From Actinomycetota bacterium (GTDB taxonomy: Bacteria > Actinomycetota > Actinomycetes > JBMOMH01): a stretch of 45,157 nt of DNA. The position numbers and the translations under genes are program-made. Below, piece by piece: positions 16,620 through 25,166 of the stretch. The stretch lies in assembly GCA_049323135.1 (NCBI GenBank), contig JBMOMH010000309.1, forward strand, positions 1-45,157, in the 5' to 3' direction. The notes below the pieces were generated by a model. That model saw nothing but the letters and a program-made list of their open reading frames with translations, made no database searches and was not told the DNA's origin. Each line of letters opens with the position of its first letter. The first letter of the stretch is position 1.

Positions 16620-17413
16620 CCAGCCGACTGACCAGCCGGCCGACCAGCCCGGCCGACCAGCACCGTGGCGTCGGTCGCGTCGCACCGGACCACCCGTCCC
16701 GCCAGGCCCGCGGCCGCGCAGAGCCTCAGCGTCGCGGAGGCCAAGGTCGCGCCGGTCTCCAGCAGCAGGTGGCCGCGGGGGGAGAGCCAGGCGGCCGCGG
16801 CGGCGACGACCCGCCGCTGCACCTGTAGCCCGTCCGCACCGCCGTCCAGGGCGAGCCGCGGCTCGTGGTCGCGCGCCTCCGGCGGCAGGAGGGGGATGGC
16901 GCTGGTGGGGACGTAGGGCGCGTTCACCACCAGGGTGTCCACCCGGCCGCGCAGCCACCGGGGCAGCGCGGCGTAGAGGTCGCCGGCGAACACGGTGCCG
17001 CCGAGCGGTTCGACGTTGCGCCGGGCACACCGGACGGCGGCCGGGTCGAGGTCCGCGGCGTACAGCGTGACCCCGGGGGCCCGTCCGGCGACCGCCGCAC
17101 CTACCGCGCCGGACCCGCAGCACAGGTCGAGCACCACGGCACCGGGCGGGCTCAGGGCCACCGCCTGGTCGACGAGGAGCTCGCTGCGCCGCCGGGGCAC
17201 GAACACCCCGGGGTCCACCTGCACCCGCCGGCCGCCGAGCTCGGCCCAGCCCAGGACGTGTTCCAGGGGCACGCCGCGGACCCGCTGCGCGACCCGGCGC
17301 GCCAGGTCGGCGGGGCCCTCCGCCTCGGCGAGCAGCAGCCGGGCCTCGTCCTCGGCGAAGACGCAACCGGCTGCGCGCAGGGTCGCCACGACGTCGCCCA
17401 CGGCCCCCCCCAC
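16427..17413 (-). CDS. PrmC-related class I SAM-dependent methyltransferase (putative protein N5-glutamine methyltransferase); 3' end probably over-extended
   Basis: SAM motif VLDLCCGSGAVG and substrate motif VVNAPYVP (an NPPY variant). The recognisable domain ends near residue 255. A further 73 or so codons run antisense into the MttB-family gene before the first stop. Confidence 0.65.
   Translation of the reverse strand: MGGAVGDVVATLRAAGCVFAEDEARLLLAEAEGPADLARRVAQRVRGVPLEHVLGWAELGGRRVQVDPGVFVPRRRSELLVDQAVALSPPGAVVLDLCCGSGAVGAAVAGRAPGVTLYAADLDPAAVRCARRNVEPLGGTVFAGDLYAALPRWLRGRVDTLVVNAPYVPTSAIPLLPPEARDHEPRLALDGGADGLQVQRRVVAAAAAWLSPRGHLLLETGATLASATLRLCAAAGLAGRVVRCDATDATVLVGRAGRPAGQSAGQSPSSARRLTTYSSSSARIASSSGGGSYAARVRSAISPARAAASRAPLRSHRSWFSEEDSSGR
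16613..16661. repeat. 12-nt tandem repeat x4 (CGACTGACCAGC, CGACTGACCAGC, CGGCCGACCAGC, CCGGCCGACCAGC)
   Basis: Read directly. Unit 1 contains the MttB-family TGA stop (16617-16619). Unit 2 supplies a second in-frame TGA (16629-16631). Confidence 0.8.
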
Positions 17414-17424
17414 CCCCTGTCACC

Positions 17425-17486
17425 GTAAACCGTAGCGATCATGCAGAAGTGAACGTCAGTTTGCGCATGATCGCTACGAGGTTTAC
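17425..17486 (-). terminator. long imperfect hairpin (20-bp arms, about 20-nt loop) downstream of purU; candidate intrinsic terminator or regulatory element
   Basis: GTAAACCGTAGCGATCATGC (17425-17444) pairs with GCATGATCGCTACGAGGTTTAC (17465-17486), with a 2-nt bulge. The spacer is markedly lower in GC. There is no U-tract. Confidence 0.45.
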
Positions 17487-17517
17487 GAGGTACGAGTTTG
17501 CGAGTACGAGGATGGGG

Positions 17518-18390
17518 TCAGCGGAAGACGATGGTCCGGTTGCCGCTGATCAGGACGCGGCGCTCGGCGTGCCAGGTCACGGCTCGGGCCAGGGCCTGGC
17601 ACTCCACGTCCCGGCCGACGGCGGCCAGCTGCTCGGGCTCGAGGCTGTGGTCCACCCGGGCCACCTCCTGCTCGATGATCGGCCCCTCGTCCAGGTCCGA
17701 GGTGATGTAGTGCGCCGTGGCACCGATGAGCTTCACGCCCCGGGCGTGCGCCTGGTGGTAGGGCCGGGCGCCCTTGAAGCTCGGCAGGAAGGAGTGGTGG
17801 ATGTTGATGGCTCGCCCCTCCAGTCGCTTGCACACGTCGTCGGACAGCACCTGCATGTAGCGGGCGAGGACCACCAGGTCGACCTGCAGGTCGTCGACCA
17901 GCCCGAGCAGCCGGGCCTCGGCCTGTGGCTTGGTCTCGGCGGTCACCGGGATGTGGTGGAACGGCACGCCGTACGACGCGGCGAGCTCCTCGAAGTCGGT
18001 GTGGTTGGACACGACGGCGACGACGTCGATGTTCAGCGCGCCGATCCGGTGCCGGAACAGCAGGTCGTTCAGGCAGTGGCCGAACCGGGAGGCCATGATG
18101 AGCACACGGGTGCGGGTCGTGGCGTCGACCAGGTCCCAGGACATGTGGAACGACTGGGCCACCCACGCGAAGTCCTCCCGCAGGCCGGCGAGGGTGACCG
18201 CGGGGTCGTAGACCTCGAAGTGGACCCGCATGAAGAACAGCCCGTTGTCCCGGTCGTCGAACTGCTGGCTGGCCAGGATGTTGCCGTGGTGCTGCACCAG
18301 GAAGCTGGACACCGAGTAGACGATTCCGGGTCGGTCCGGGCAGCTCAGCGTCAGGAGGAACTCCTGGCCGGGGGCGGGACGAGCGGCCAC
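17518..18390 (-). CDS. purU: formyltetrahydrofolate deformylase
   Basis: An N-terminal ACT domain (LTLSCPDRPGIVYSVSSFL) is followed by a formyltransferase domain (DLVVLARYMQVLS, INIHHSFLPSFKGA, GVKLIGATAHY). GTG start. Confidence 0.9.
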   Translation of the reverse strand: MAARPAPGQEFLLTLSCPDRPGIVYSVSSFLVQHHGNILASQQFDDRDNGLFFMRVHFEVYDPAVTLAGLREDFAWVAQSFHMSWDLVDATTRTRVLIMASRFGHCLNDLLFRHRIGALNIDVVAVVSNHTDFEELAASYGVPFHHIPVTAETKPQAEARLLGLVDDLQVDLVVLARYMQVLSDDVCKRLEGRAINIHHSFLPSFKGARPYHQAHARGVKLIGATAHYITSDLDEGPIIEQEVARVDHSLEPEQLAAVGRDVECQALARAVTWHAERRVLISGNRTIVFR

Positions 18391-18425
18391 CTGGTCTCCT
18401 CGGTGCTCGGTCAGGGGTTACGGTC

Positions 18426-18442
18426 GTTGCGCTTGCCACAAC
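18426..18442. promoter_or_regulatory. 17-bp imperfect palindrome GTTGCGCTTGCCACAAC in the purU / iclR divergent spacer; candidate operator
   Basis: Read directly. It is 15/17 identical to the site at 19406-19422. An extra ACGCAAC half-site lies at 18455-18461. Confidence 0.4.
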
Positions 18443-18530
18443 AGGACACACGATACGCAACAGGGTGCCTGGGACACGGGACCCCGTCAAGGTATCGCGC
18501 TGCGGCGTTCTCCGGCCGTAGTGTTCCGCC

Positions 18531-19361
18531 ATGAGCAACTCGGGCCCCTCAGGGGTGGGTGAGCCGGCGGTCACCGTGCAGTCGGTGGACCGGGCCGTGG
18601 CCGTGCTGGAGATCCTCGCGCGGGAGGGCGAGGCCGGGGTCACCGAGATCGCCGCCGAGCTCGGCGTACACAAGTCCACGGCGTTTCGCCTGGTCACCGC
18701 GCTGGAACGCCGGGACCTGGTGGAGCAGAACGGCGAGCGGGGCCGCTACCGGCTCGGCGTCGGCATCCTGCGGCTGGCCGGCGCCACCACCGCCCGGATG
18801 GACCTGGTGCAGCAGGCCCGCCCGGTCTGCGAGGCACTGGCCCTGGAGGTCAACGAGACGGTGAACCTCACCGTGCTGTCCGGCCACGACGCGCTCTACC
18901 TGGACCAGGTCTCCGGTACGTCGGTGATCCAGCTGCACAACTGGGTCGGCCAGCGGATCCCGTTGCACTGCACGTCCAACGGCAAGATCCTGCTCGCCCA
19001 CCTGGCTCCGGACCGGCTCGCCGAGGTGCTCCAGCCGCCGCTGCGCCGGTTCACCCCGCACACCGTGACCAGCCTGCGCCGGCTCCGGGAGGAGCTGGCC
19101 GTGGTGCGGGAGCAGGGCTACGCCACGGCGGTCGAGGAGCTCGAGGAGGGGCTGGTGGCGGTCGCGGCGCCGGTGTGCAACGCGGCGGGCACCGTGGTCG
19201 CCTCGGTGAGCGCCAGCGGCCCGGCGTTCCGGCTGTCGGTGGCTCGGATCCCCCAGGTCGCCCCGCTGGTGGTCCGCGCCGGGCAGGAGATCTCCCGCCG
19301 GCTGGGGTGGCCCGGGCCGCCTTCGCTGCGCCGGGGTGGAAATTTGCCCACGAAGCCTTGA
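18531..19361 (+). CDS. IclR-family transcriptional regulator
   Basis: wHTH region VDRAVAVLEILA...VTEIAAELGVHKSTAFRLVTALE plus an IclR effector domain. A TAGTGT -10-like hexamer lies about 7 nt upstream of the ATG, so the transcript may be leaderless. Confidence 0.85.
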   Translation: MSNSGPSGVGEPAVTVQSVDRAVAVLEILAREGEAGVTEIAAELGVHKSTAFRLVTALERRDLVEQNGERGRYRLGVGILRLAGATTARMDLVQQARPVCEALALEVNETVNLTVLSGHDALYLDQVSGTSVIQLHNWVGQRIPLHCTSNGKILLAHLAPDRLAEVLQPPLRRFTPHTVTSLRRLREELAVVREQGYATAVEELEEGLVAVAAPVCNAAGTVVASVSASGPAFRLSVARIPQVAPLVVRAGQEISRRLGWPGPPSLRRGGNLPTKP

Positions 19362-19405
19362 CGGCCCGCCGTAAGACGTGTTTCCTGTTGCACCTACCGA
19401 ACGAT

Positions 19406-19422
19406 GTTGCGCTTGGCGCAAC
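19406..19422. promoter_or_regulatory. 17-bp perfect palindrome GTTGCGC-TTG-GCGCAAC upstream of the betaine operon; candidate operator
   Basis: Read directly. It overlaps the first in-frame ATG (19404) of the raw ORF. This is one reason I prefer the GTG at 19443 as the start. Confidence 0.45.
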
Positions 19423-19442
19423 GTACGCGAAGGGTTGGTGGG

Positions 19443-20945
19443 GTGCCGGACCTCTGTATCGGCGGGGCGTGGCGGGCGGCCGGTGACGGCGGGACCCGGG
19501 AGGTGCGCTGCCCGGCGGACGGGAGCCTGGTGGCGACGGTCGACGAGGCCACGCCGGCCGACGTGGCCGAGGCGGTGGCCGCGGCCCGCCACGCCTTCGA
19601 CCACGGTCCCTGGCCGCGCACACCTGTGCGGGACCGCGCCGCGGTGCTCGCTGCCACCGCGGACCTGCTGGCCGGCCAGGGCGAGGAGATCGCTCGCGCC
19701 GAGTCGCTGGACACCGGCAAACGCCTGGTGGAGAGCCGCTACGACCTGGCGGACGTGGTCTCGGTGTTCCGCTACTACGCCGACCTGGTCGCCTCGGGCG
19801 ACCGGGGCCGGCTGGTGGACACCGGGCTGCCGCACGTGCACAGCCGGGTGCAGCACGAGCCGGTGGGCGTCTGCGCGCTGGTCACGCCGTGGAACTACCC
19901 GCTGCTGCAGGCGTCCTGGAAGGTCGCCCCCGCCCTGGCCGCCGGGAACACCTTCGTACTCAAGCCCAGCGAGCTCACCCCCTCGACGAGCATCCGGCTG
20001 CTCCGCCTGCTGGAGAAGGCCGGCCTCCCCGCCGGCGTGGGCAACCTGGTGCTCGGAGCCGGCCCGGTCGTCGGGGCGCCCCTGGCCACCAGTCCAGACG
20101 TCGACCTGGTGTCCTTCACCGGAGGTGTGGTCACCGGGCGCGCGGTGATGGCCGCGGCCGCGGGGACGGTGAAGAAGGTCGCCCTGGAGCTAGGCGGGAA
20201 GAACCCGAACATCCTCTTCGCCGACGCCCCGTTCGACGTGGCCGTGGACCACGCCCTGACCGCCGTGTTCCTGCACTCCGGGCAGGTGTGCTCGGCCGGT
20301 GCCCGGCTGCTGGTCGAGGAGCCGGTGCACGACGACGTGGTCGCCGAGCTGGTCCGCCGGGCCGAGCAGATCCGGCTCGGGGGACCGTTCGACCCGGACG
20401 CGGACAGCGGCCCGCTGATCTCCGCCGCACACCTGCGCCGGGTGGAGTCCTACCTGGCGACCGCGCTCGCCGAGGGCGCCGAGCTGGCCTGCGGGGGACG
20501 TCGTGACCCGGACCCGGCGCTGGCCGCCGGCTGGTACTTCCGCCCCACCGTGCTGACCGGCGTCCACAGCGGCATGGCCTGCGTCCGGGAGGAGTCCTTT
20601 GGGCCGGTCCTCACCGTCGAGCGGTTCCGCGACGAGGAGGAGGCGGTGGCCCTGGCCAACGACACCGTGTACGGCCTGGCGGGGGCGGTCTGGACGGCCG
20701 ACCGGGGGCGGGCGGCGCGGGTGGCCGGCCGGCTGCGCGCCGGCACCGTCTGGGTCAACGACTACCACCCGTACGTGCCCCAGGCCGAGTGGGGCGGCAT
20801 GAAGCAGTCCGGGGTGGGGCGGGAGCTGGGGCCGAGCGGGTTCGCCGAGTACTGCGAGACCAAGCACGTGTGGGAGAACACCGAGCCGAGACCGTCGGGC
20901 TGGTTCCCGGACCGTGGCCCCACGGCGGGAAGGGTGCACCCGTGA
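19443..20945 (+). CDS. betB: betaine-aldehyde dehydrogenase-like NAD-dependent aldehyde dehydrogenase
   Basis: Motifs are [33 protein letters not shown], catalytic [15 protein letters not shown] and the C-terminal WVNDYHP...[16 protein letters not shown], typical of BADH (BetB/GbsA). GTG 19443 is preceded by GAAGGG. An alternative start is ATG 19404. Confidence 0.75.
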   Translation: MPDLCIGGAWRAAGDGGTREVRCPADGSLVATVDEATPADVAEAVAAARHAFDHGPWPRTPVRDRAAVLAATADLLAGQGEEIARAESLDTGKRLVESRYDLADVVSVFRYYADLVASGDRGRLVDTGLPHVHSRVQHEPVGVCALVTPWNYPLLQASWKVAPALAAGNTFVLKPSELTPSTSIRLLRLLEKAGLPAGVGNLVLGAGPVVGAPLATSPDVDLVSFTGGVVTGRAVMAAAAGTVKKVALELGGKNPNILFADAPFDVAVDHALTAVFLHSGQVCSAGARLLVEEPVHDDVVAELVRRAEQIRLGGPFDPDADSGPLISAAHLRRVESYLATALAEGAELACGGRRDPDPALAAGWYFRPTVLTGVHSGMACVREESFGPVLTVERFRDEEEAVALANDTVYGLAGAVWTADRGRAARVAGRLRAGTVWVNDYHPYVPQAEWGGMKQSGVGRELGPSGFAEYCETKHVWENTEPRPSGWFPDRGPTAGRVHP

Positions 20946-22063
20946 ACCTGCCGACCTCCACCGCCGGGGCCGCTGTGGCGACCCCGCGTCCTCGCCGCGG
21001 TGACGTCACCGACAACCGCACCGGGACCCCGGTCCTGACCGTGCGGAACCTGTGGAAGGTCTTCGGCCCGCGCGCCGAGCGCGTGGTCGGCTCGCCTGAG
21101 GCGGCGCTGACTCGCGGGGAGCTGAAGGCGCGCACCGGCTGCGTGGCGGCGGTGAAGGACGTCTCCTTCGAGGTGTCGGCCGGCGAGGTCTTCGTGGTCA
21201 TGGGGCTGTCCGGCTCGGGCAAGTCCACCCTCGTCCGCTGCCTCACCCGCCTGGTCGAGCCCACCGCCGGCGAGGTGCTGCTGGACGGGGAGGACATCCG
21301 GGCCGCGTCGCCGCAGCGGCTGCGGGAGCTGCGCCGGCACCGCTTCGCGATGGTCTTCCAGCACTTCGGGCTGCTGCCGCACCGGCGGGTCAGCGACAAC
21401 GTGGCCTACGGCCTGGAGATCCGCGGGGTGGGCCGGGCAGCCCGCCAGGCGCGGGCCCGGGAGATGATCGCCCTGGTCGGCCTGGAGGGCTGTGAGGACG
21501 CCTACCCCGACCAGCTGTCCGGCGGCATGCAGCAGCGGGTGGGGCTGGCCCGCGCGCTGGCCGTGGACCCGGAGGTGATGTTCTTCGACGAGCCGTTCTC
21601 GGCCCTGGACCCGCTGATCCGCCGCGACATGCAGAACGAGGTCATCCGGCTGCACCGCGAGGTGGCCAAGACGATGGTCTTCATCACCCACGACCTCGCC
21701 GAGGCGCTCAAGCTAGGTGACCGCATCCTCATCATGCGCGACGGCGAGATCGTGCAGGTCGGCCGGCCGGACGAGGTCGTCGGCGCACCCGCGGACGACT
21801 ACGTGCGCGACTTCGTGCAGGACGTGCCGAAGTCGCACGTGCTCACCCTCCGCTGGGTGATGCGGCCGCCGCACGCCGACGAGCCGCTGGACGGGCCGGA
21901 GCTGGGCCCAGACGTCGTCGTCCGTGACGCCGTCCGTGAGGTGCTGCAGTCGGACCGGCCGGTCAAGGTGGTCGACCGCGGCCAGCTGCTCGGCGTGGTC
22001 AGCAGCGCCGAGATGCTCGCGGTCATCGCCGGCAGCGAACCCACACGGCAAGGCGCCCGGTGA
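20942..22063 (+). CDS. proV: glycine betaine/proline-type ABC transporter ATP-binding protein with C-terminal CBS domains
   Basis: The GTG overlaps the betB-like stop (GTGA). Walker [10 protein letters not shown], signature [15 protein letters not shown] and Walker [12 protein letters not shown] are present. The CBS-like tail is VMRPP...VVSSAEML. Confidence 0.9.
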   Translation: MNLPTSTAGAAVATPRPRRGDVTDNRTGTPVLTVRNLWKVFGPRAERVVGSPEAALTRGELKARTGCVAAVKDVSFEVSAGEVFVVMGLSGSGKSTLVRCLTRLVEPTAGEVLLDGEDIRAASPQRLRELRRHRFAMVFQHFGLLPHRRVSDNVAYGLEIRGVGRAARQARAREMIALVGLEGCEDAYPDQLSGGMQQRVGLARALAVDPEVMFFDEPFSALDPLIRRDMQNEVIRLHREVAKTMVFITHDLAEALKLGDRILIMRDGEIVQVGRPDEVVGAPADDYVRDFVQDVPKSHVLTLRWVMRPPHADEPLDGPELGPDVVVRDAVREVLQSDRPVKVVDRGQLLGVVSSAEMLAVIAGSEPTRQGAR

Positions 22064-24066
22064 GTGCCGTCACCGCGGTCGCCGCCGCGCTGCCCCGTCG
22101 GGTCCGTCGGGTCCATCGGGGGTACGCCGTCCTGGCGGTGCTCGCCGCCTGGGTGCTGCTCTGGACCCCGTTGCAGGGGCGGGACACCCTGGCACTGGAC
22201 CGGTCTCAGCTCACGCCGCTGCACGAGCGGCTCAACGCCCTGAGCGGAGCCATCGACGCGAGCCGCAACAGCAACCCGTTCTTCCTCTACGTCGTCAACG
22301 AGATCCGGCTGGTCATCAACCTTCTCGTCACCTTCGTCCAGGACCTCATCAGCCAGCCCTCCTTCGGCCGGCCGGTCCCCGTCATCGGCTGGGTCGGCGT
22401 GCTGGCGATCGCCGTGACGGTCACCTACGCCGTCGCCGGGGGACGGGCCGCGGTGCTCACCACCGTCGGGTTCCTCTCCTTCGGGGCGCTGGGCCTGTGG
22501 CAGGAGAGCATGGACACGCTCGCCCTGACGCTGTCGGCCGTGGTGCTGTCCCTGCTGGTCGGCATGCCGCTGGGGGTGTGGGCCGGGTTGAGCAGCCGGT
22601 TTGCCCGCCTGGTGACCCCGGTGCTGGACTTCATGCAGACCATGCCGACGTTCGTCTACCTGGCCCCGCTCACCCTGTTCTTCCTCATCGGGCCGGCGTC
22701 GGCGACGATCGCCACGATGATCTACGCGGTGCCGCCGGCTATCCGCATCACGGCGTACGGCGTCCGCTCGGTGTCGGCTACCACGGTGGAGGCCTCCACG
22801 TCGCTGGGGTCGACCCGCTGGCAGACGCTGCGCAAGGTGCAGCTGCCCATGGCCCGGCGCACCATCGTGCTGGGCGTCAACCAGACGATGATGGCGGCCC
22901 TGTCGATGGTCACCATCGCCGCGCTGATCGACGCGCCCGGGCTGGGCCGCAGCGTCCTCAAGGCGCTGGAGACCCTCGACGTGGGCACCGCCTTCGTCGC
23001 GGGGCTGGCGATCGTCGTCATGGCCATCGTGCTCGACCGGACGACGACGGCGGCCAGCCGGCGGGTCGAGCTGGCCTACCGCTCCGGGGCGGCGCGCCAG
23101 CCCCGGCGCCGGCAGGTGACGCTGGGCGTTCTCGGCGTGGCCACCGTCGTGCTGACCTACCTGTCCCACACCTACCTGTGGGCGGCCCAGTTCCCGACCG
23201 GGCTCGACCTCGGCGCGTCGCTGCGCACTGCCGTGGACCTGGCCAGCGGATGGGTGCAGACCAACCTCTACGCCTGGACCAACGCGGTGACCAACGCCAT
23301 CAGCGTGGGCCTGCTCAACCCGTTCCAGGCGCTGCTCACCCACTCGCCGTGGTGGCTGGTGGCCCTCGTCGCGGTGGCGCTGGCGGCCCTGCTGGGCGGG
23401 CGGGGCGCCGCCGTCGTCACCGCGGTGTGCCTGGTCCTGCTGGTCGCCTCCGGCCTGTGGCAAGACGCCATGGTCACCCTCGCCGCGACGTTGGTGGCGA
23501 CCGTCCTCGTCATGGCCCTCGGCGTCACGGTCGGCGTGTGGTCGGGCCGCAGCGACCGGGTCGACCGGGTGGTGCGTCCGTTCTTGGACGCCGGGCAGAC
23601 CATGCCGTCCTTCGTCTACCTCGTCCCGTTCCTCGGCCTGTTCGGCGCGACTCGGTTCACCGCCATCGTCGCCGCCGTGATGTACGCCGCCCCGGCTTCG
23701 ATCAAGCTGGTCAGCGACGGCATCCGGGGCGTGCCCGCCACGACGGTCGAGGCGGCCACCGCCGCCGGCTCCGGACGTTGGCAGCTCATCACGAAGGTCC
23801 AGCTCCCCATGGCCCGGGCCGCACTGGCCCTGGCCGCCAACCAGGGCCTCATCTACGTGCTCGCCATGGTCGTCGTCGGCGGCCTGGTCGGGGCCGGCGG
23901 CCTCGGCTACGACGTGGTCGCCGGCTTCGCGCAGCTCCAGCTGCAGGGCAAGGGTCTGGCTGCCGGCGTGGCCATCGTCCTGCTCGGCATCATGCTCGAC
24001 CGCATCACCCAGGCCGCCGCCCGGCGCAGCGGCCGACTGCACCCTGCCGGCGAGCCCGGCAGGTGA
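22060..24066 (+). CDS. fused tandem ABC permease (two OpuAB/ProW-type transmembrane domains in one 668-aa chain)
   Basis: Two homologous halves each carry the permease loop: [25 protein letters not shown] and [25 protein letters not shown]. The start overlaps the proV stop. Confidence 0.85.
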   Translation: MSAVTAVAAALPRRVRRVHRGYAVLAVLAAWVLLWTPLQGRDTLALDRSQLTPLHERLNALSGAIDASRNSNPFFLYVVNEIRLVINLLVTFVQDLISQPSFGRPVPVIGWVGVLAIAVTVTYAVAGGRAAVLTTVGFLSFGALGLWQESMDTLALTLSAVVLSLLVGMPLGVWAGLSSRFARLVTPVLDFMQTMPTFVYLAPLTLFFLIGPASATIATMIYAVPPAIRITAYGVRSVSATTVEASTSLGSTRWQTLRKVQLPMARRTIVLGVNQTMMAALSMVTIAALIDAPGLGRSVLKALETLDVGTAFVAGLAIVVMAIVLDRTTTAASRRVELAYRSGAARQPRRRQVTLGVLGVATVVLTYLSHTYLWAAQFPTGLDLGASLRTAVDLASGWVQTNLYAWTNAVTNAISVGLLNPFQALLTHSPWWLVALVAVALAALLGGRGAAVVTAVCLVLLVASGLWQDAMVTLAATLVATVLVMALGVTVGVWSGRSDRVDRVVRPFLDAGQTMPSFVYLVPFLGLFGATRFTAIVAAVMYAAPASIKLVSDGIRGVPATTVEAATAAGSGRWQLITKVQLPMARAALALAANQGLIYVLAMVVVGGLVGAGGLGYDVVAGFAQLQLQGKGLAAGVAIVLLGIMLDRITQAAARRSGRLHPAGEPGR

Positions 24067-24136
24067 TCCCTCGCCATCTCGATGGCGACGGCCACCGATC
24101 CGGCCCGCTAGGGCCGGGGACTGTAGGAGGTCCCAC

Positions 24137-25123
24137 ATGCACCGCACCGCGTTCCGGCAGACCAGGGTGCTCGCCCTGGCTGCCGTCGCCGGCCTCGTCC
24201 TCGCCGCGTGTGGCGGGGCCAAGGTTGGCACCACGAGCACCCCCGCGGCGGGTGGTACCGCGGCCGGCGCGAAGTGCGGCACCGTCAACCTGGCCATCAA
24301 CCCGTGGGTGGGCTACGAGGCCAACGCCGCCGTCATCGCCTACCTGGCGGAGAAGAAGCTCGGCTGCACCGTGGTGAAGAAGAACCTCAAGGAGGAGGTG
24401 TCCTGGCAGGGCTTCGCCACCGGCGAGGTCGACGCCATCGTCGAGAACTGGGGTCACCCCGACCTGGTGAAGAAGTACATCGACGACCAGAAGGTGGCCG
24501 TCAACGACGGGCCCACCGGGAACAAGGGGGTCATCGGCTGGTACGTCCCACCGTGGATGGCCAAGCAGTATCCGGACATCACCGACTGGAAGAACCTGAA
24601 CAAGTACGCCGACCTGTTCAAGACGTCGGAGTCGGGTGGCAAGGGACAGCTGCTCGACGGTGACCCGTCCTACGTCACCAACGACGAGGCGCTGGTGAAG
24701 AACCTGAACCTGAACTTCAAGGTCGTGTACGCCGGCAGCGAGGCCGCGCTCATCCAGGCCTTCCGCCAGGCCGAGCAGCAGAAGAAGCCGCTGCTGGGCT
24801 ACTTCTACGAGCCGCAGTGGTTCCTGTCCGAGGTGAAGCTGGTCCACATCAACCTGCCGGCGTACACCGACGGCTGTGACGCGGACCCGCAGAAGGTTGC
24901 CTGCGACTACCCGCCCTACGTGCTGGACAAGATCGTCAGCAAGAAGTTCGCCGAGTCGGGCAGCCCCGCCGCCCAGCTCGTCAAGAACTTCAGCTGGACC
25001 AACGAGGACCAGAACCTCGTGGCCCGGTACATCGCCGAGAACAAGATGACCCCGGAGGCGGCCGCCCAGAAGTGGGTCGACGCCAACCCGTCGAAGTGGC
25101 AGGCCTGGCTGCCCAAGAGCTAG
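24137..25123 (+). CDS. glycine betaine ABC transporter substrate-binding lipoprotein (OpuAC family)
   Basis: A signal peptide with lipobox LVLAAC is present, and an AGGAGG Shine-Dalgarno precedes the gene. Aromatic-rich blocks NPWVGYEAN, ENWGHPD and GWYVPPWM are typical of quaternary-amine binding proteins. Confidence 0.85.
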   Translation: MHRTAFRQTRVLALAAVAGLVLAACGGAKVGTTSTPAAGGTAAGAKCGTVNLAINPWVGYEANAAVIAYLAEKKLGCTVVKKNLKEEVSWQGFATGEVDAIVENWGHPDLVKKYIDDQKVAVNDGPTGNKGVIGWYVPPWMAKQYPDITDWKNLNKYADLFKTSESGGKGQLLDGDPSYVTNDEALVKNLNLNFKVVYAGSEAALIQAFRQAEQQKKPLLGYFYEPQWFLSEVKLVHINLPAYTDGCDADPQKVACDYPPYVLDKIVSKKFAESGSPAAQLVKNFSWTNEDQNLVARYIAENKMTPEAAAQKWVDANPSKWQAWLPKS

Positions 25124-25166
25124 GCGCCCATACGCCCACCGCCTGCCCGAGCAAAGGAGTGCATCC

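Noticed and set aside
9378-17423. Other long shadow ORFs over the corrinoid cluster (9378..11177 plus, 12835..14694 plus, 15147..17423 minus, 758 aa, and others)
   Set aside because: The reasoning is the same. Each overlaps a motif-rich gene in another frame or strand and translates to R/G/P/A-rich sequence without domains.
15063-19442. Cobalamin, ZTP, THF or glycine riboswitch in the leaders of the MttB-family gene, purU, the corrinoid operon or the betaine operon
   Set aside because: The leaders are short (40-140 nt). I could not find the conserved cores I remember for these classes, for example a B12 box or the ZTP pseudoknot motif. Only a covariance-model scan could exclude them formally.
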